The position numbers and the translations under genes were made by a program. Below are positions 41,990-55,973 of a stretch of 64,000 nucleotides of DNA, piece after piece. A model generated the notes under the pieces. It was not told where the DNA came from. It saw only the letters and a list, made by a program, of their open reading frames with translations, and searched no databases. Within the stretch, counting starts at the first letter, position 1; each line of letters opens with the position of its first letter. Source of the stretch: the human T2T-CHM13v2.0 reference genome, Homo sapiens; assembly GCF_009914755.1 (NCBI RefSeq), contig NC_060926.1, one strand, 5' to 3'.

Positions 41990-42495
41990 CTTCTTCTGTA
42001 ACTGAATTTGCATTGGGAAGCAGGCCTGTCACTCTCAGACTTTGTGGTTTGAGTAGGGCTCACTTCAGCACCACCTTTTCCTCTTCTCAGCCCCACGGAC
42101 TGGCATGAGACTCAGGCCTGGCCAACTGAATGTCACACACCTATGACCATCAGTTGGCTCAGAGATGGACTCAGGACACCATCACAGCCAATGAAACCCT
42201 GTTAGGGAAATTTGTCAGAACCATACAAAGAAATAGCTCCACTTTTCCATAGAGATGAGACATAAGCCTGGACTAACTGGTGTCCAATTTGCCATCAAGA
42301 GAGCATCTGAGAAGACAGAGGAAAACTGGGGAAAGCGAAGTCTAAGGAAGGTGAGTAAGGACAAGTCCAGTTGATATTACATGAATCACCTGGACCTGGA
42401 AATCAAGGCATTGCTGGATTCAAGGCCAAGAAAAATTGGAAGCTGGCTTGAATCAGGTTCTATCACTTGCAGTTGAAAAGGTCCAGACTAATATG
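41990..42495 (+). mobile_element. Old MLT1J/K-like LTR
   Basis: Ends 'tatcacttgcagttgaaaaggtccagactaata'. Confidence 0.6.
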
Positions 42496-44199
42496 ATAAC
42501 AAAGGAGCAAGTAAGCAAGATTCTGCCCTACAGTAAGTGCTCAATGCATGTCAGCTGGTATTATTATTATACAGACTTCTATTTCTAGCCCTTTTATTTC
42601 TACCACCTCTCTTCTGTGTTTTATGTAAAGTGCATAAGGATTGTTCTGTTTGGAAACATCAAACCATATAAAATGACACCAGCAGGTCCCTTTCTGTCTG
42701 TCAGTGTCCACAAGCTCAACAACCAGGATCAGCAGACAAAAACAGCTAAGCTGGAGTCAGTGTTTTTATGAAGAAACAGGAAAAGAACTTACTTGGGAAC
42801 TGTAGCTCATCCTCCAATATTCTCCATCCTATCACTCTTTTCATGACAGTTTCTTCTTGGCCCTGAAGTTGCCTTGTCATGGCTCCCTGCCTCTGTCCTT
42901 TCTCTGTCTCACTTACATCTTCCAATGAGGAATACAGCAAGACCTTTGGATGAGGACCTCCAAAGGTCCTCAGTATCCTTAGGACACTCGGTGCAGAACT
43001 AGAGGGACTGAGAGGAGGAGCTTTTGCAGGTTAAATGACTAGTGAATGGCCTTTCCTTATATTTCCATTAGAAATGGGATTAGCTACACCTGAGAAGGAA
43101 TGACTTTGGAACAACTGATCCCTAGCTTTCCAAAATATGAGAAATTGAGATGCAGGGAGTAGTAAGCACCTAGTTAATGAGTCAAAGCATATTTATAAAG
43201 TTCACAGGGTACATAGCATATAGCAGCTGTTCTCTATCTCAGTTGAGTTTTGACTAGGAAATGGGCTTGGGATAAAACACATAGGCTTTTGAGTAATCAT
43301 TTGTAAGAAATTGTAGATAGTGACCACAGTTTAATAGCATTAGATAAATTATGAAAAGTCACTGAAATACCTTCTCTGGAAAATGTTAGAAGCTCAAGTA
43401 CAATGGCTTAGTTAAAGGCAGGTGGGGGAGAAACTTGAAGAATGTGGTCCAGTACAAGAATACCCCATTTTTCCCCTAAGGCAATGAAAATGACATGAAG
43501 TAATCATAGTTATTTATACAGGAACAATTTAGGAGACTTAGAATATTCACTTCTTTTGCCTTCTAGCTGAGCATCAAAATTCTCTCTCTGTCTCTGCCTC
43601 TCTCTCTCTATTTTCCACTTCTAGCTCCAACTATTTTAAATCCCTCCCCCAATAGAACTCATAACAAACATAAAACAACATTTGTTGTATGTTTACAATA
43701 GATGTTCAAGCTAATATTTATGTAGGCTTAGCCCTGGCATTAAATTAAGGTTTGGTTCACCAACAGGGTGCCTAGAGACTTCACCTCTATTTCCATGAGG
43801 GACTGAACAGCCTCTTGAGAAGGGACTCATCAAAATGGAAGAGTTGGCAATAAGAAGTTTGGCTAAATAACCAAGCACTGAAGTTGCAGAGGAGAAAGGA
43901 TTTGAAAGGCAGTACAGTGTCCAGGGGCAAGTTGGCAATTTTTAGCAGGAGGTGAAGTGATGCCAGCAGAGGTAACAGTGCTCAGAGGGACCAGTAGTCC
44001 CCAGGAGGAGCAGGGGAATCCCCAGTGGATCTGATTTGTTCAAGAGCACATGTGAGATTATCAGCTGGCGTTACAATTTTGGAGTGGCAGTGAGAAGCAG
44101 TGAATTTGAGGTCACTCAATTTGCAGACCCCAAAGGGTGAAATGTTGAGAAACATGAGTTACACATGTATTTAACAGCTCTTGTGTATTATCACAAATC

Positions 44200-44682
44200 C
44201 TATTTCACCTCTCATGCCCCCGAGGCTTTGGTGTCCAGTTCTCTGAAGACTTCATCAATCCTCAGCCATAAATCACCTGAGAGCAACTCACCTTGCTTCA
44301 TACTATGAAGCTCCCTGATGTCACAGCATGGCAGGCCTGTGGCAACCCCTCAACACTTATGCATGATCCCAAACAGCTAGAGGATTAACACCTACGGTGT
44401 AACCCTTGACCAGCAGGAAATGGAAATTACTGTCTTTTTGTCCCCGCAGGTGAATGGTTCTAAAATGCATTTTATAAGCCTTCTGAAATAGTCCCACAGG
44501 TCAAGCACCTACTTGCTCCAGTGGTGACCAACTCAATGATGCATCCTTGGGTTGACTCTCCCTCCTTTCCAGTTCACTTTCCCTGCCCCTCACTCCTGCA
44601 CCTCAGCATCACATTCCTGAATAAACCACTCACACATCTGTCTTATTTCAGACTCTGTTTGGGGGAATCCACAATAAAAATT
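44200..44682 (+). mobile_element. LTR16-like ERVL LTR
   Basis: 'gtggtgaccaactcaatgatgca...ctcactcctgc...aataaaccact...ctctgtttggggga'. Confidence 0.7.
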
Positions 44683-45879
44683 TGTCATTTTGAGTTAAAC
44701 ATTGCTCTCACCTTGAAGACATATTTCCATACCTAGAGATTTCTGAAGTTCTCTCCCTTTTCCTATCATCTCCTTTGTGCTTTGTCTGACCTCCATGTTA
44801 CAGAGCCCCATGATATTTAGAGCCAGTACTGCTAGGGAAGTAGTTCAGTTGTGTTTTAAATGGTTCAGCAACTTGTAACATCAACTGAGAACCAGAGGAA
44901 TACACTTGGAGGCCAAGAAAAAAATGTTAGCTAATATGTACCATACAGTATGATTCCTTGGGTAAGGGAAAGTATATGCAAGTGACAGAGGAAAATTGAA
45001 AGTTGTAGCCCTTTTTTGGACTTTAGATTTGGAATTAAAGTTTCTCTTCTCTTGAAAGACCTTCTTTTTGTGGATAATGATGAATCTGAAGACCAGAACA
45101 GTGGGCCAATTTGCCCTAGTTGAGAGTGGCAAATAAATGAAGAACTGAAGAACGTATCTCTTTAACTAGTGCTCCTTTGTTGAGAAGATACAAAACAAAC
45201 AATTGAAGGGTATGGATGAAGCCATTGGCTTATTCATGTCTCTGTTGATCATAATGAGATTAATATATATAGGACATTCACACAAAGAGGATATTGACTC
45301 GATGGCTTACAGATTATTAGAGTTAGAAATGTGACCTACTACTAAAGGAAGAATGTTTCAGGTGTGGATCTCTGATTTAAAAAATACACCACACTTGCCT
45401 CAGTGAAGCAAGTCAACTTAGGTGCCGATACAATGCCACTGCAGCTGTGCTGAGTTCATGAAATCAGATCCCACTCTCTTCACCTACCCCTACCGTATTC
45501 ATCCTACTTTCCGTCTGCTCTGCCCTTCCCATTTGGTAACCTAGTCATGAAACACCTGGCTCTGGGTCCTTCCTTCAGCATCACTCCACGTTGTACTGCT
45601 GGCATCGCTTTTCTTGGCACAGAACCTCTTAGGGCTGCTATCCTAGGAGTAGGTGCTACTCAGGCTGGCTTAGTCCCAGGCTTCACTCACTTCTTGGCCC
45701 ATGGCCAGGAGGACCGGAAAGAACAAACTCTCTGCACATCTCTGCAGGTGGCCACAGAGCCCCCATCTGAGCCTTGCTGATGGAGAAGAGCATGCTGCCT
45801 CACAAGATAACTGTGTGGCTCTGTTCAAAAACCTTGTTTAGAAGTTATTATTTCTTTTATTGCATTAGAATTTGCCTCA

Positions 45880-46400
45880 CTGTAGCTTTTGTGCTTCTGT
45901 CCTGGTTCAGCCTTAGATAGCAGTGCAGCCTGGTCCATGTGAAAGCTCTTGCAATAGGCCTTTCTGCTAGTCAGGAGTTCTCAGACCCATCCCTACTCTT
46001 CACTTTTCTCAAGACTAATATCAGACTCCTGGGCTCTTCAAGGTTTCCTCATATGATAAAAGTTCTAAGCCCTCCATTGTCCTAGTCACTGTCCTCTCTG
46101 TTCCATCCCTGTCTGCCCTTCCAAGATGCTGCACCTGGAGATGAATTTGTCCTTCCTGGGGCAAGTCACCATGAGATGATTACTTTTGGATCATACTGAA
46201 TTTGTGGGTTAAATAAACTCATAGGTCTTTATCTCATGCACTAAATCCAAATTCGATCTCTTGCCGTAAATCATTTTTTTGAATAGCTGAACAATAAGTA
46301 AATAATACACAAATGAAAACTAATCAATATTTGAACATCCTCAGTATTTTCAGCCCTAGTTTGAGCCAGACATAGCTCATCTTGTATACTTCACTAAGGA
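45880..46400 (-). mobile_element. L3/CR1 fragment
   Basis: 'ttttctcaagactaa...tttcctcatatga...ccattgtcctagtcactgtcctct'. Confidence 0.5.
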
Positions 46401-47278
46401 CACTTTATACGATCAAGCAATTAATATTATGATGTCATGTCTCGCAAGCCCCACAGTGTCACTTCCAGTCTCTTCACCACAAAGAACGTTGAAGCCTTCG
46501 TATTTTTTTGAAAATCATATTTCTAGCTGCAGGATGGGATGTAAGAAAAGTTCAGATTAGGATTATTCTAGGCTCCTGACTATAACTAAAATCCTGATTT
46601 TTTATGGAAAGGAATGAGGATCATTCCTTCAAATTAGATTTTTGTGATAAAAAGAAAAAAGTTGGTAATCTATTCAAAATTGTAACAAAAATAACTGCAT
46701 TTTTCTTTGGAAAATAATAGTTGATTCCTTTTTGCTTTTTTTACTTATGAATTGGGGTGCAATAGAGTTTAATAAAAATGATGTGAAACACTCTTATAAG
46801 GCTAATTTATCACATTTGCTTCAAGGAATTGTCCTTTCTAACAAAATTGTGAAATGGAACTGAACAGTAGCATGATGAGGCCTCCACCAGGAGGAGGTAC
46901 AGAACAAGGCAGGAGGTCAGTGGTTAAAGGACTCCTTGCTTATGCTCAAGAAATGTGGACCTTATTAGAGGTGACACAGTGAAATCAGTCACCTGATTTC
47001 GCAGGTGACTGTGGAGCAAGAATGCAAATCCACAATATTAGGATGAATGTGAGAGGAGAAGGGAAGGAGGCCATGAGGGAAAAAAGGACATCTAATTGGG
47101 TCTGAAAGGAAGGGTAGAATTTAAGTAAAGAGCACTGTGTACATATGGGAATACCATGTACTTTCTCATGGAGAGAGGCCTTCTGACAGTCCTGCATTGA
47201 TCCTGCTTCTTTGACCATCCCTTGTTAGCCAGCAGGTCATTTGGCCTCACTAGTTGCCTCAGTGCTGAGTGATAGACT

Positions 47279-47793
47279 CAGCAGTCCCCAGCCTCTTTGG
47301 CACCAGGGACTGGTTTTGTGGAAGATAATTTTTCCATGGATCAGGGAGAGGATGGTTTCAGGAGGATTTAAGTGCATTACATTTACTGCGCACTTTATTT
47401 CTAATATTATTACATTGTAATCTATAATGAAATAATTATACAATTCACCATAATGTAGAATCAGTGGGTGCCCTGAGCTTGTTTTCCTGCAACTAGATGG
47501 TCCCATCTGGGGGTGATGGGAGACAGTGACAGATCATCAGGCATTAGATTCTCATAAGGAATGCACAACCTAGATTCTTCACATGTGCAGTTCACCATGA
47601 GGTTCACGCTCCTATGAGAAGCTAATGCCTCCGCTTAAACGACACAGGAGATGGAGCTCAGGTAGTAATGAGTGAAATGGGGAGCAGCTGTCAATACAGA
47701 TGAAGCTTTGCTTGCTTGCTTGCCGCTCACCACCTGCTGTGCAGCCTGGTTCCTAACTGGTACTGGTCAGTGGCCTGTGGTTGGGAACTCCTG
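47279..47793 (+). mobile_element. MER1A hAT-Charlie element
   Basis: Terminal repeats and body match the 26874 copy; TSD gatagact/gtagact. Confidence 0.92.
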
Positions 47794-49720
47794 GTAGACT
47801 AACAACAGAACAAAGCCAAGTCTCAAGGAGAGACAGTTGTATAGATGCCTTCCTGCCCAGTCTCTGTTGTGGGGGCCAAATCACACAAGACCTGCATTTA
47901 ATTCTTTATGGGCTTAGGCTGTGAATTAATGTAAAATCTCAAGAAACCAAGATGACAGGCCAGGGACTAAAGAGCAAAAGAAAGACCACAGCTATGGTGG
48001 GCGAGGAGACAAAGTCAATCCCACCGGGACAGATGGTGATGACCCTTATCAGTTCTATTCTGTCATCTCATAAAGGTAAAGACTTGTGTTCTTTTTCTTA
48101 GGACAGTCCAGATGGTATTGGCTGTGCTTAAAGAAAATTCAGACATGTGTGAGTGTGGCTGGAATTGACATTCATGAGGTCTTCCGTTTTTATTTGAAAG
48201 GGGCAGAGTAAGTATTTGTGAACATTGGATGGTGATGAAGAAAAGGAAATGGTGTCTAGTATCCTACCTGGCCTCATGGACCAAGACTAGAAGGATTAGA
48301 GGCAAAGTCGAAGGAAGCTGCCACCATAAAGGGTTCTGTGAATGCTGTTTGGCTGAAATGTGTGACAAAGCACTGGGAAGGGTTTCATTGCATTAGCTCA
48401 GGCCATAGCACGACCCTTAACCAACACCTTAAGGTGATGGTCCCCTTGGCATAAATATTGGTGTTAAAATCGAGGTTAACCTTAGTGATAGTATGGTTAA
48501 GAGTCCCCTGCATGACTTTGGAAGTTGAAGATGCTGATCAGGAGAACTAGAGCAGGAAAGAGAAAATATGACTGAGGCTAAGTGGTGACTTGGTATTGAC
48601 TGATAGGTGAACACAGGAATGAATTTCAGCGAGAACCCCCAGTAACTGTCTGGGGAGTGGAGACTGTGTATGAACAGGACAGAAAAAAAAGCAGATTCGG
48701 GTAGTGTCCTGTCGTGTGTCTCTTTTACAGTCCTGAAATGAAGGACTTTCAGTGTTTTCATTGAGCACCAATCAATTCCCTCTTTACAAAAGACCATATT
48801 GGAACAGCATCAAGGTTTAGGGATATTAAAGCAATACAATGACACTGGAATGACCACTGAGAACCAGCGAACTTCTTCAGCCCTTATATCCTCAGGCACT
48901 CTGGAAGCCATGAATCTGGTTTTCTTGCTAAACTGTGTGTACTGCACAGAGTACAATGGTAAAGGAACAAAGATTGGCTCTAAAATCTCTTGTAAAGGGA
49001 AGGGTGGTCATCCCTTTTGATGGCAGATTGAGTTTCTGTAATGGGGTTTGCTCTGATGTTGCATTTCCACTCAGGCATCAAGACATTCTGTTGTTTAAAG
49101 CCCTAGATGGGTGATATTTCTTTCATGTGCAAGGCCCGAATGCTTCACTGAGCTCTCTCTTACCCACACACACTCATTTAAACCTTGGTCAAAATTATCC
49201 TTTAGCATCTGCATCTTCTCAGAAGGCGGAAGGGTCAATGGGGATAATCAGGAGAGATGAGGTGCACTTTCAGAAGTTGGAGCTGAGAAGGTGATGGAAG
49301 TATCTGTAAAGTCGTTGAACAGCTGCACGAACTATAGGGGAAGCATTTCTGGAGGCAAAAGGGGAATAGCCCTTTCCTCTTAAACCAAAGCGGAGCACAG
49401 CTCCAAAGGCACTTAGATGGAGAGTTCATCGGAATGTGAGCTCTAAGAGTGGCTGAGAATCTGACAAAAACAGCCATCTGCCAACCCAAAATTAAAACTC
49501 CTCTGTTTAGCACCCAGTAGAGAAAGTCAACCAGATTGACTTCGCAAACAAAGGACCTTAAAAGCATCACCTAAGAAAGTGTGTCAGGATCCACAGACAT
49601 CCAGATCATTCTCTATGGTTCATTACTTACTTACATTATTCTTATCTGTTTACACATAATGTTTAGATGTAAAATCCTTACAATGAAAAGGGTGTATATG
49701 CTTTAAAAAAGGCACAACAG

Positions 49721-50285
49721 GGATCTAGAACTAGAAATACCATTTGACCCAGCCATCCCATTACTGGGTATATACCCAAATGAGTATAAATCATGCTGCT
49801 ATAAAGACACATGCACACGTATGTTTATTGCGGCACTATTCACAATAGCAAAGACTTGGAACCAACCCAAATGTCCAACAATGATAGACTGGATTAAGAA
49901 AATGTGGCACATATACACCATGGAATACTATGCAGCCATAAAAAATGATGAGTTCATATCCTTTGTAGGGACATGGATGAAATTGGAAACCATCATTCTC
50001 AGTAAACTATCGCAAGAACAAAAAACCAAACACCGCATATTCTCACTCATAGGTGGGAATTGAACAATGAGATCACATGGACACAGGAAGGGGAATATCA
50101 CACTCTGGGGACTGTGGTGGGGTCGGGGGAAGGGGGAGGGATAGCATTGGGAGATATACCTAATGCTAGATGACACATTAGTGGGTGCAGCGCACCAGCA
50201 TGGCACATGTATACATATGTAACTAACCTGCACAATGTGCACATGTACCCTAAAACTTAGAGTATAATAAAAAAAAAAAAAAAAA
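49721..50285 (+). mobile_element. L1HS Ta-1, 5'-truncated (ORF2 C-terminus, 3'UTR and poly(A))
   Basis: ORF 49821-50063 is the L1 ORF2p C-terminus ([19 protein letters not shown]...IGGN). Ta diagnostics: ACA at 50175-50177 and G at 50260. Ta-1 diagnostics: T49781 and G49784. TSD AAAAAAGGCACAACAG. Confidence 0.97.
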
Positions 50286-50779
50286 GGCACAACAGAGAAG
50301 AGTTGAGCAGGTGGTGTGCTGGCTCACAGATGGCCTTGAAAAAGAGGGTAATCCTAAGAATTAGAATGAGTTGGTGGTAGTTAAATAGAAAAGAACACAG
50401 CAAACTGCATCCCAGAGGCCTGCCAGTAGTTGAACTGTTTTGACCAACAACAGACAAGTGTGTGTGCTTTCTAATATGAAGTTCTGCCATAGTCCAGGCC
50501 AGAGGTAATAAGCAATGGAATAAGGCAGTGAGATGCAAAACCAACTTGGGTCTAGGAACCAGACCTTATCCATTTCAGAATCCATGGTGCCTCGATGGCA
50601 CCTGGCACAGAGTAGAGGCTCTGTATGAAATTTTCTATGGCAATGGGCTCTAGAGACTTTGGGGAAATGCTAATGTGGAAAAACATGTTTTCATTCTTTA
50701 TAGGTGGGAGCCTCTATTTTTCCTGCTTGCTTGCATATGGTAATGAAGAATAATAATAGGAACTGAAATTCGCTCATTT

Positions 50780-50945
50780 GAGTTTCTCCCTACAGAGTAG
50801 GTAGATTCCCAACAGGGTACCTAGTATATGTTTGCTAAATTAATGAATGAATACGTGAATGAATAGATAAGTGAATCAATGAACACATTAAAGAATGAAT
50901 CAGTGAATCAATGAATGAATCCATCATTCAGTCAATGAATCTTAT
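50780..50945 (+). mobile_element. L2 3' end with a (GAAT)n tail
   Basis: 'tatgtttgctaaattaatgaatgaat...'. Confidence 0.6.
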
Positions 50946-51029
50946 TCATCTTCTTCTAGATAGGCTTATATCTAATGGAGTGAAACAGCCCTGGACTTGG
51001 AATAAGAACCAGGGTTTATGCTTAATGTA

Positions 51030-51500
51030 TTCCTTGCACAAATATTTACTGAGCACTTGAGCTGTACGCTAGGCTCTCTGCTACTACCATGACATGAAAG
51101 AATGCTAGAGCTATAGTGCAAAGAAGACAAACTTCCTCTTTTGTGAAGAAGAGGGAAGACACATAATAAATAATAATAATAATAAATATTAGTCCAGATA
51201 GCCCAAGGGTATGCAGAATTGGATAGGTAGGTAGGGATTCTTTTATAGAGGGAAGTCAGGAAAGGACTCTCTGAAAGTGACATTGGAACGGAAATCTGCA
51301 CAACGAGGAGGAGCAAAATAAAAGCCTGGGGTAAGAGCACTCTAGGCAGAAGGTACAGGAAGTGCAAAGGCCCTGAGGCAAGAATTGGCCCAAATTGCCA
51401 AGGTAGAGAAACAAGAATGTGCCACTGTACCTAGGACAGGCAGGGAAGGGGAGTGGGGTGCCATATAAGGTCAAAGCAGTAGGTGGGACTTCCTTATTTT
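51030..51500 (-). mobile_element. L2a-like fragment
   Basis: 'acaaatatttactgagcac...gtcaggaaaggactctctgaaagtgacatt...gcaaaggccctgaggc'. Confidence 0.75.
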
Positions 51501-51616
51501 ACCTGATTATGAATTGGGACAATAAGAACAATAGCTCATAGCTGTTGAGAGTTTACAATATGCCAAGCATAATTGGACTGTCTTACTTAATCATCACAAC
51601 AACCCAACAAGACAGG

Positions 51617-51730
51617 CAGGGTGATATTCAAAGTATTTCACCGCTGGCATGTCACAGGCACCAACCAATCAGATAATGCCAGCCTCAACTATCCTCTAGC
51701 CATATAAGTATAGACAGGCTTGATCTCGGG
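51617..51730 (+). mobile_element. MamRep1894-like MITE inside a MIR (51530-51830)
   Basis: Homologous to 18120-18212. Confidence 0.5.
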
Positions 51731-52056
51731 TACCACTATTTCTCCCACTTAACTGGGTTAGAAAGCTGAGTTTAGAGATGGGGGTCAACACCTCAGAATT
51801 ATACAGCTGTCCATTTTACCACAAACTATATGTTGAAAACGGCAAGTAACCTACCTCTTATAAATGCTGCTTAGGCAGCTCAGGGAATTCTTTATGTAAT
51901 GTGAAAATAAGTGATGTGGGGATTTACTATCCATACTATAGAAGAAAGGGCACTATGCCAGGAGTATGAAATCATAGAACTACTCCAAGTACGAGACTTT
52001 GAGGAAATTGCTTTACCTCTCTGGTTGTCAGAAAACTTCTAGCCATGGGCAGTAAA

Positions 52057-52169
52057 TGCGGGTGCTACTGGCACCTTGTGGGTAGAAGCCAGGGGTGTGG
52101 CTAAACATCCCACAGTGCCCGGACAAGCAGCACTACAAAGAATCATCAGCACTGGGTTGAGAAATCCTG
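52057..52169 (+). mobile_element. MER20 3' half
   Basis: 'gtgctactggcacc...gggtagaagccaggg...gctaaacatcc...ggttgagaaatcctg'. Confidence 0.8.
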
Positions 52170-53977
52170 CTATCAATCCCAGAGAGGTAACAGACATTGT
52201 GAGGTATGACGTTAGGGAGTGGTGGGGACTACAGCAAACTTCAGACTATGCACAGTACACTTGCTTTCTAAAGGCATTTCATATAAAAAATAATTTGTAA
52301 ACTTTGTGGACTGAAGAGAACACATCTTCAGGCCAATTTCAGTCTTTTATGGCCTTAACCAGATTATGTTGCCCATAATTTTCTTTAAACAGATGAGGAT
52401 AAAAGTCTCTTAGTCATGCAGGCATGTGTTTGTGTGTTTGGGAGGGGAGGAGGGTGTAAACATATATACATGCACACACATATATGCTGTTATACACAAA
52501 CACATTGGCGAGAAGATTTAATTTTAAAGTGTTTTCAGAAAATGAGGCCCTCATCCCCCTTAGAATCCAGTCCAGGTTTTTTCAATTCTGTAACTAACTT
52601 TTCCCTCCTTCAGTTATACCAGCCCCCTTCCTCTTGTTCTGACTTTGGCAAAGATGAAGCCCAGCTGCTCTACTCCACCCATAAGAGGAGCTTCTGGTTT
52701 TAGTTTTGGTCCCTTCCTGTTGCCTAAAGCCCTTGGGAACGAGGCACCCTCACTCACGTTACTCCTTTAGCCTGTAGAGACAGATAGGCTAGAAGAGACA
52801 GGTCGGCCCCACGTTTACGATGTGTCCACAGAATTATTTATGGTTTGTTTATCCACTCAATGTGGAGCAATTGTGGCCTCTGACTTTCAGCTCCAGGGTG
52901 CATTAACAGATTTAGGGGTAAATTGGCAGTGTCAAGCTGCATAGTTGTACTGGGCTTTTCAGCCTCTCCCCATAAAGCAAATATAGCAATAATCCCAGAC
53001 ACTCAGGCACAGTGGCATTTCTAGAGAGACACCAATGACCCCATTAGTCGAGAAGCTGTGGGAAAGCCTGAAACAGGTGAGAAAGCGATGAAATTAGGAA
53101 AATGAAGTTCTCTGATCATCAGGCTCAGTGGATGGGTGCAAGTGTGGCAGACATGGTACAAAAGATGTGGACCATGAATTGGCACCATGATTTCAAGGTA
53201 CTAGAAAACCAAAGTTTGGTGGGGCACCAAGGCAAAGTTTCTAAGGTCCTGTGGGCATCAGTGCATACTGCTGGAGGGTCAGTTCTGCATCAAGGAGATA
53301 CATTTCTGCAATGATATAGGCATTTGAAAACCCTTGTACACTACAAACAACAGGATTGATGGAAAAGTAGGATAGGAGATTCTATCCAAAGCCTACCTAG
53401 GGACCAGAGCACAAACAAAAGCAATCACTGGGCGCTCAGTGTCACTGGACATTAAAAATACACAATGACAGTTGGTGGACATGTTGGCAGCCCTTCATTC
53501 AGAGCAGGTCTGATGGGTGCTGGGCAGTGCTGATGATAATGGAGATCTGAGCTGTTGGGTCTGCTCTTAAGGTGGCCAAAGAGCAACTGCAATTTGCCAG
53601 CAAGCGTCTGGGGTGAACTTCTTGAGGAAGAAGGCCTGAGTGCAGTGAAAACTTTTTAATTTATTTTCTTCCTTCTTCCCACTGTTCCATGTTATACTGA
53701 TGTTATTCACCCATATGTCAATGGTATACATTAATTCACATTACAGAAATGCTAGCAGTAGCAGAAGAGTCCATATGAGACAAGTGTATGGCCTGAGGCC
53801 CTGGGAACTAAAGCCCGAGTGCCTACAAGATATGCTCATAAGTTTCTAGGGCCCTGAGTGGTTTCCAACAAAGAGCCTGGATTTGACTTTGAGGCTGACA
53901 GGTAGAAGTTAAGCATGCAAAGCCTTAAGTAAGTAGTCTGTGCAGTGACCCAAAAGCTCAAAGGAATGGTGGGGTAG

Positions 53978-54782
53978 TGATATGGACAGGAGGCAGGGAA
54001 AGACTGGGAGGAAGAGGGCGGGGTCCTTAGCAAGGGCTCCACTCTCAAGCCTAGACCTGTGGGTCTAAATGACAACATACCTTCCTGTTTTCCTACCCAA
54101 ATGTTGTCTTTTCCAAAACCACCCTGGCCCACTGTGCCCCCTACCCTGTACGCACAAAAAGTCCAAGCTCCACTGGCAGAGGAACAGAGTGGCATGACAG
54201 AGAAGGAGAGAAAAGAAGAAGCATCTGAATGTCGAGAGAAGTTCAGCCAGGGACAGTTGGAGAGGAGTTCAGCTGGGGATGGTTGAACTCCAGGGAAAGA
54301 TTACCTTCCCACTGCATCCCCTTTCCAGCTCCCCATCCTGCTGAAGCCACTCCCATCACTCAGTAAAATCCTCTGCATACACCACCCTTCAATCCTTTCA
54401 TGTGACCTGATTCTTCCTGGGCACAGGACAAGAAAAGAATTCAAGATGCACTGGGTGCAGGAACCCAGAAAGGCTGTCACACTGACTCTTCAGTGAGTTG
54501 TTTAACACTGAAGCCATCCAGGAATGGCAAAGCTAAAAGAAAGAGCCTTGTTTGTAACATATGCTTTCTGGGGCTCCAGAGGTCTCAGGCAAACCCTAGA
54601 TGCTGCCACAGGTTGGTACGGGGTTTGTTTATGCCAAATGCCCAAAGGTACTCACCCCAGCTGCTGCACCCACTCACGTGTGTACTCCTGCTCCCACAAG
54701 GGGTTGGAGGGTGGCAGCCGAGTAAACGAGCCACACCCTTGTCACAAGTCCCACCGAGGGGTCAAGGAACTCTCCTGTCTCA
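53978..54782 (+). mobile_element. LTR1-family (ERV1) solo LTR
   Basis: TGATATGGACAGGAGGCAGGGAAA...CTGTCTCA; TSD gtag/gcag. Confidence 0.88.
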
Positions 54783-55789
54783 GCAGGGGATCAGAGATTC
54801 TGGGAGATACTGAAGAAAATGGAGCTCACTTTCCAGACATTAAGGTTTTAATGACACTTTTAGACATGAGAAAGCAGGAAGGACTTGGTGGGCAAGAAAG
54901 TCAAAACAGAGATTTGACAAAGACCCATCTTTTTTCTGGTGCTGACAGATTGAAGGAGAAGGTAGAGGAAATAATAGCTGGATGATTTTTATGGAATCAA
55001 CATTATTTAAATGCTTTCATTAAATTATTGTCAAGGAGGTATGGCTGTAATTGTGTATCACCTCCAAAAGAGGAGATAGTTATAAAGACCACCAAAAGAA
55101 TTTCCACACACTAGGATTCAAAGGACTAGCAAAAGCATACAAAGTCAATAGCTAGCAAGTCAAAGACAAGAAGGGAAGAAACCCACCAAGAGTAACATGG
55201 ACCTCCACTATGACTGATATTTCTGTCTGTTTTTCATGGCTCAGGCTTCTCCTCTGGCTTTTACTTGAACTTGTTCTAGATCATCAAATGATACCAACAG
55301 GACTAGAAGAGATATTGCACCTCCACAAAACAATTTATTCCCTGAAAATACTGGCTAGAGTAATCATAAGATCCTGAATCTGGATGGGACCTCAGTAGAT
55401 GACACAGTCTAAGTCTCTGCCTCTGTGCTATATCCCCAAAGGAATTAGCAAGTAACCACAAAACGGAAGTGAAACAGGAAACCTTGAGTATTTCACATAG
55501 CATATTTGATATAGGGGGCTTAACCACACAGACAAAAATGCACAAGTCAACAAGTAAAAATTATACACTGTGACAATTTATAAATGATTGTTCACAACCA
55601 ATAATTCTACTTTTAAGTATTAATTAACAAAATCTTTAGATCTGAAATATTTTTTAAGAGAAACCCTCAGGAATCCAGCAATCTAATTTAAGTACTTATT
55701 TAACACCTCTATTAGCAAACATCATACTAGATGCTCTGCAGGCCCGAAGGAGAATCCTTAGACTCCTTGTTCCCTATAATTTATCAGCG

Positions 55790-55973
55790 GCACATGGACC
55801 CAGGGTTTATGGAGTCTTCAGCTTACGGGGTCTTATGAGGGCCCTCTCAAGGAAATTAATACAAAATTACACATAGAAAATTGTTAGGTCCTATCCCAGG
55901 GCACTGGAAGAAACAGCTGTAAGTGAATGCTCTGAAGCTTAAATTCATTCACTTCCTGATAAATCTATGCCTG
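55790..55973 (-). mobile_element. Arthur1/MER69-like hAT-Tip100 MITE
   Basis: 'ctgaagcttaaattcattcacttcctgataaatctatgcctg' resembles the reverse complement of the Arthur1 5' end. Confidence 0.5.

Noticed and set aside
49821-50063. L1 ORF2p C-terminal ORF as a functional CDS
   Set aside because: Fragment of a 5'-truncated L1 with no promoter, endonuclease or RT domain; reported as a mobile element.
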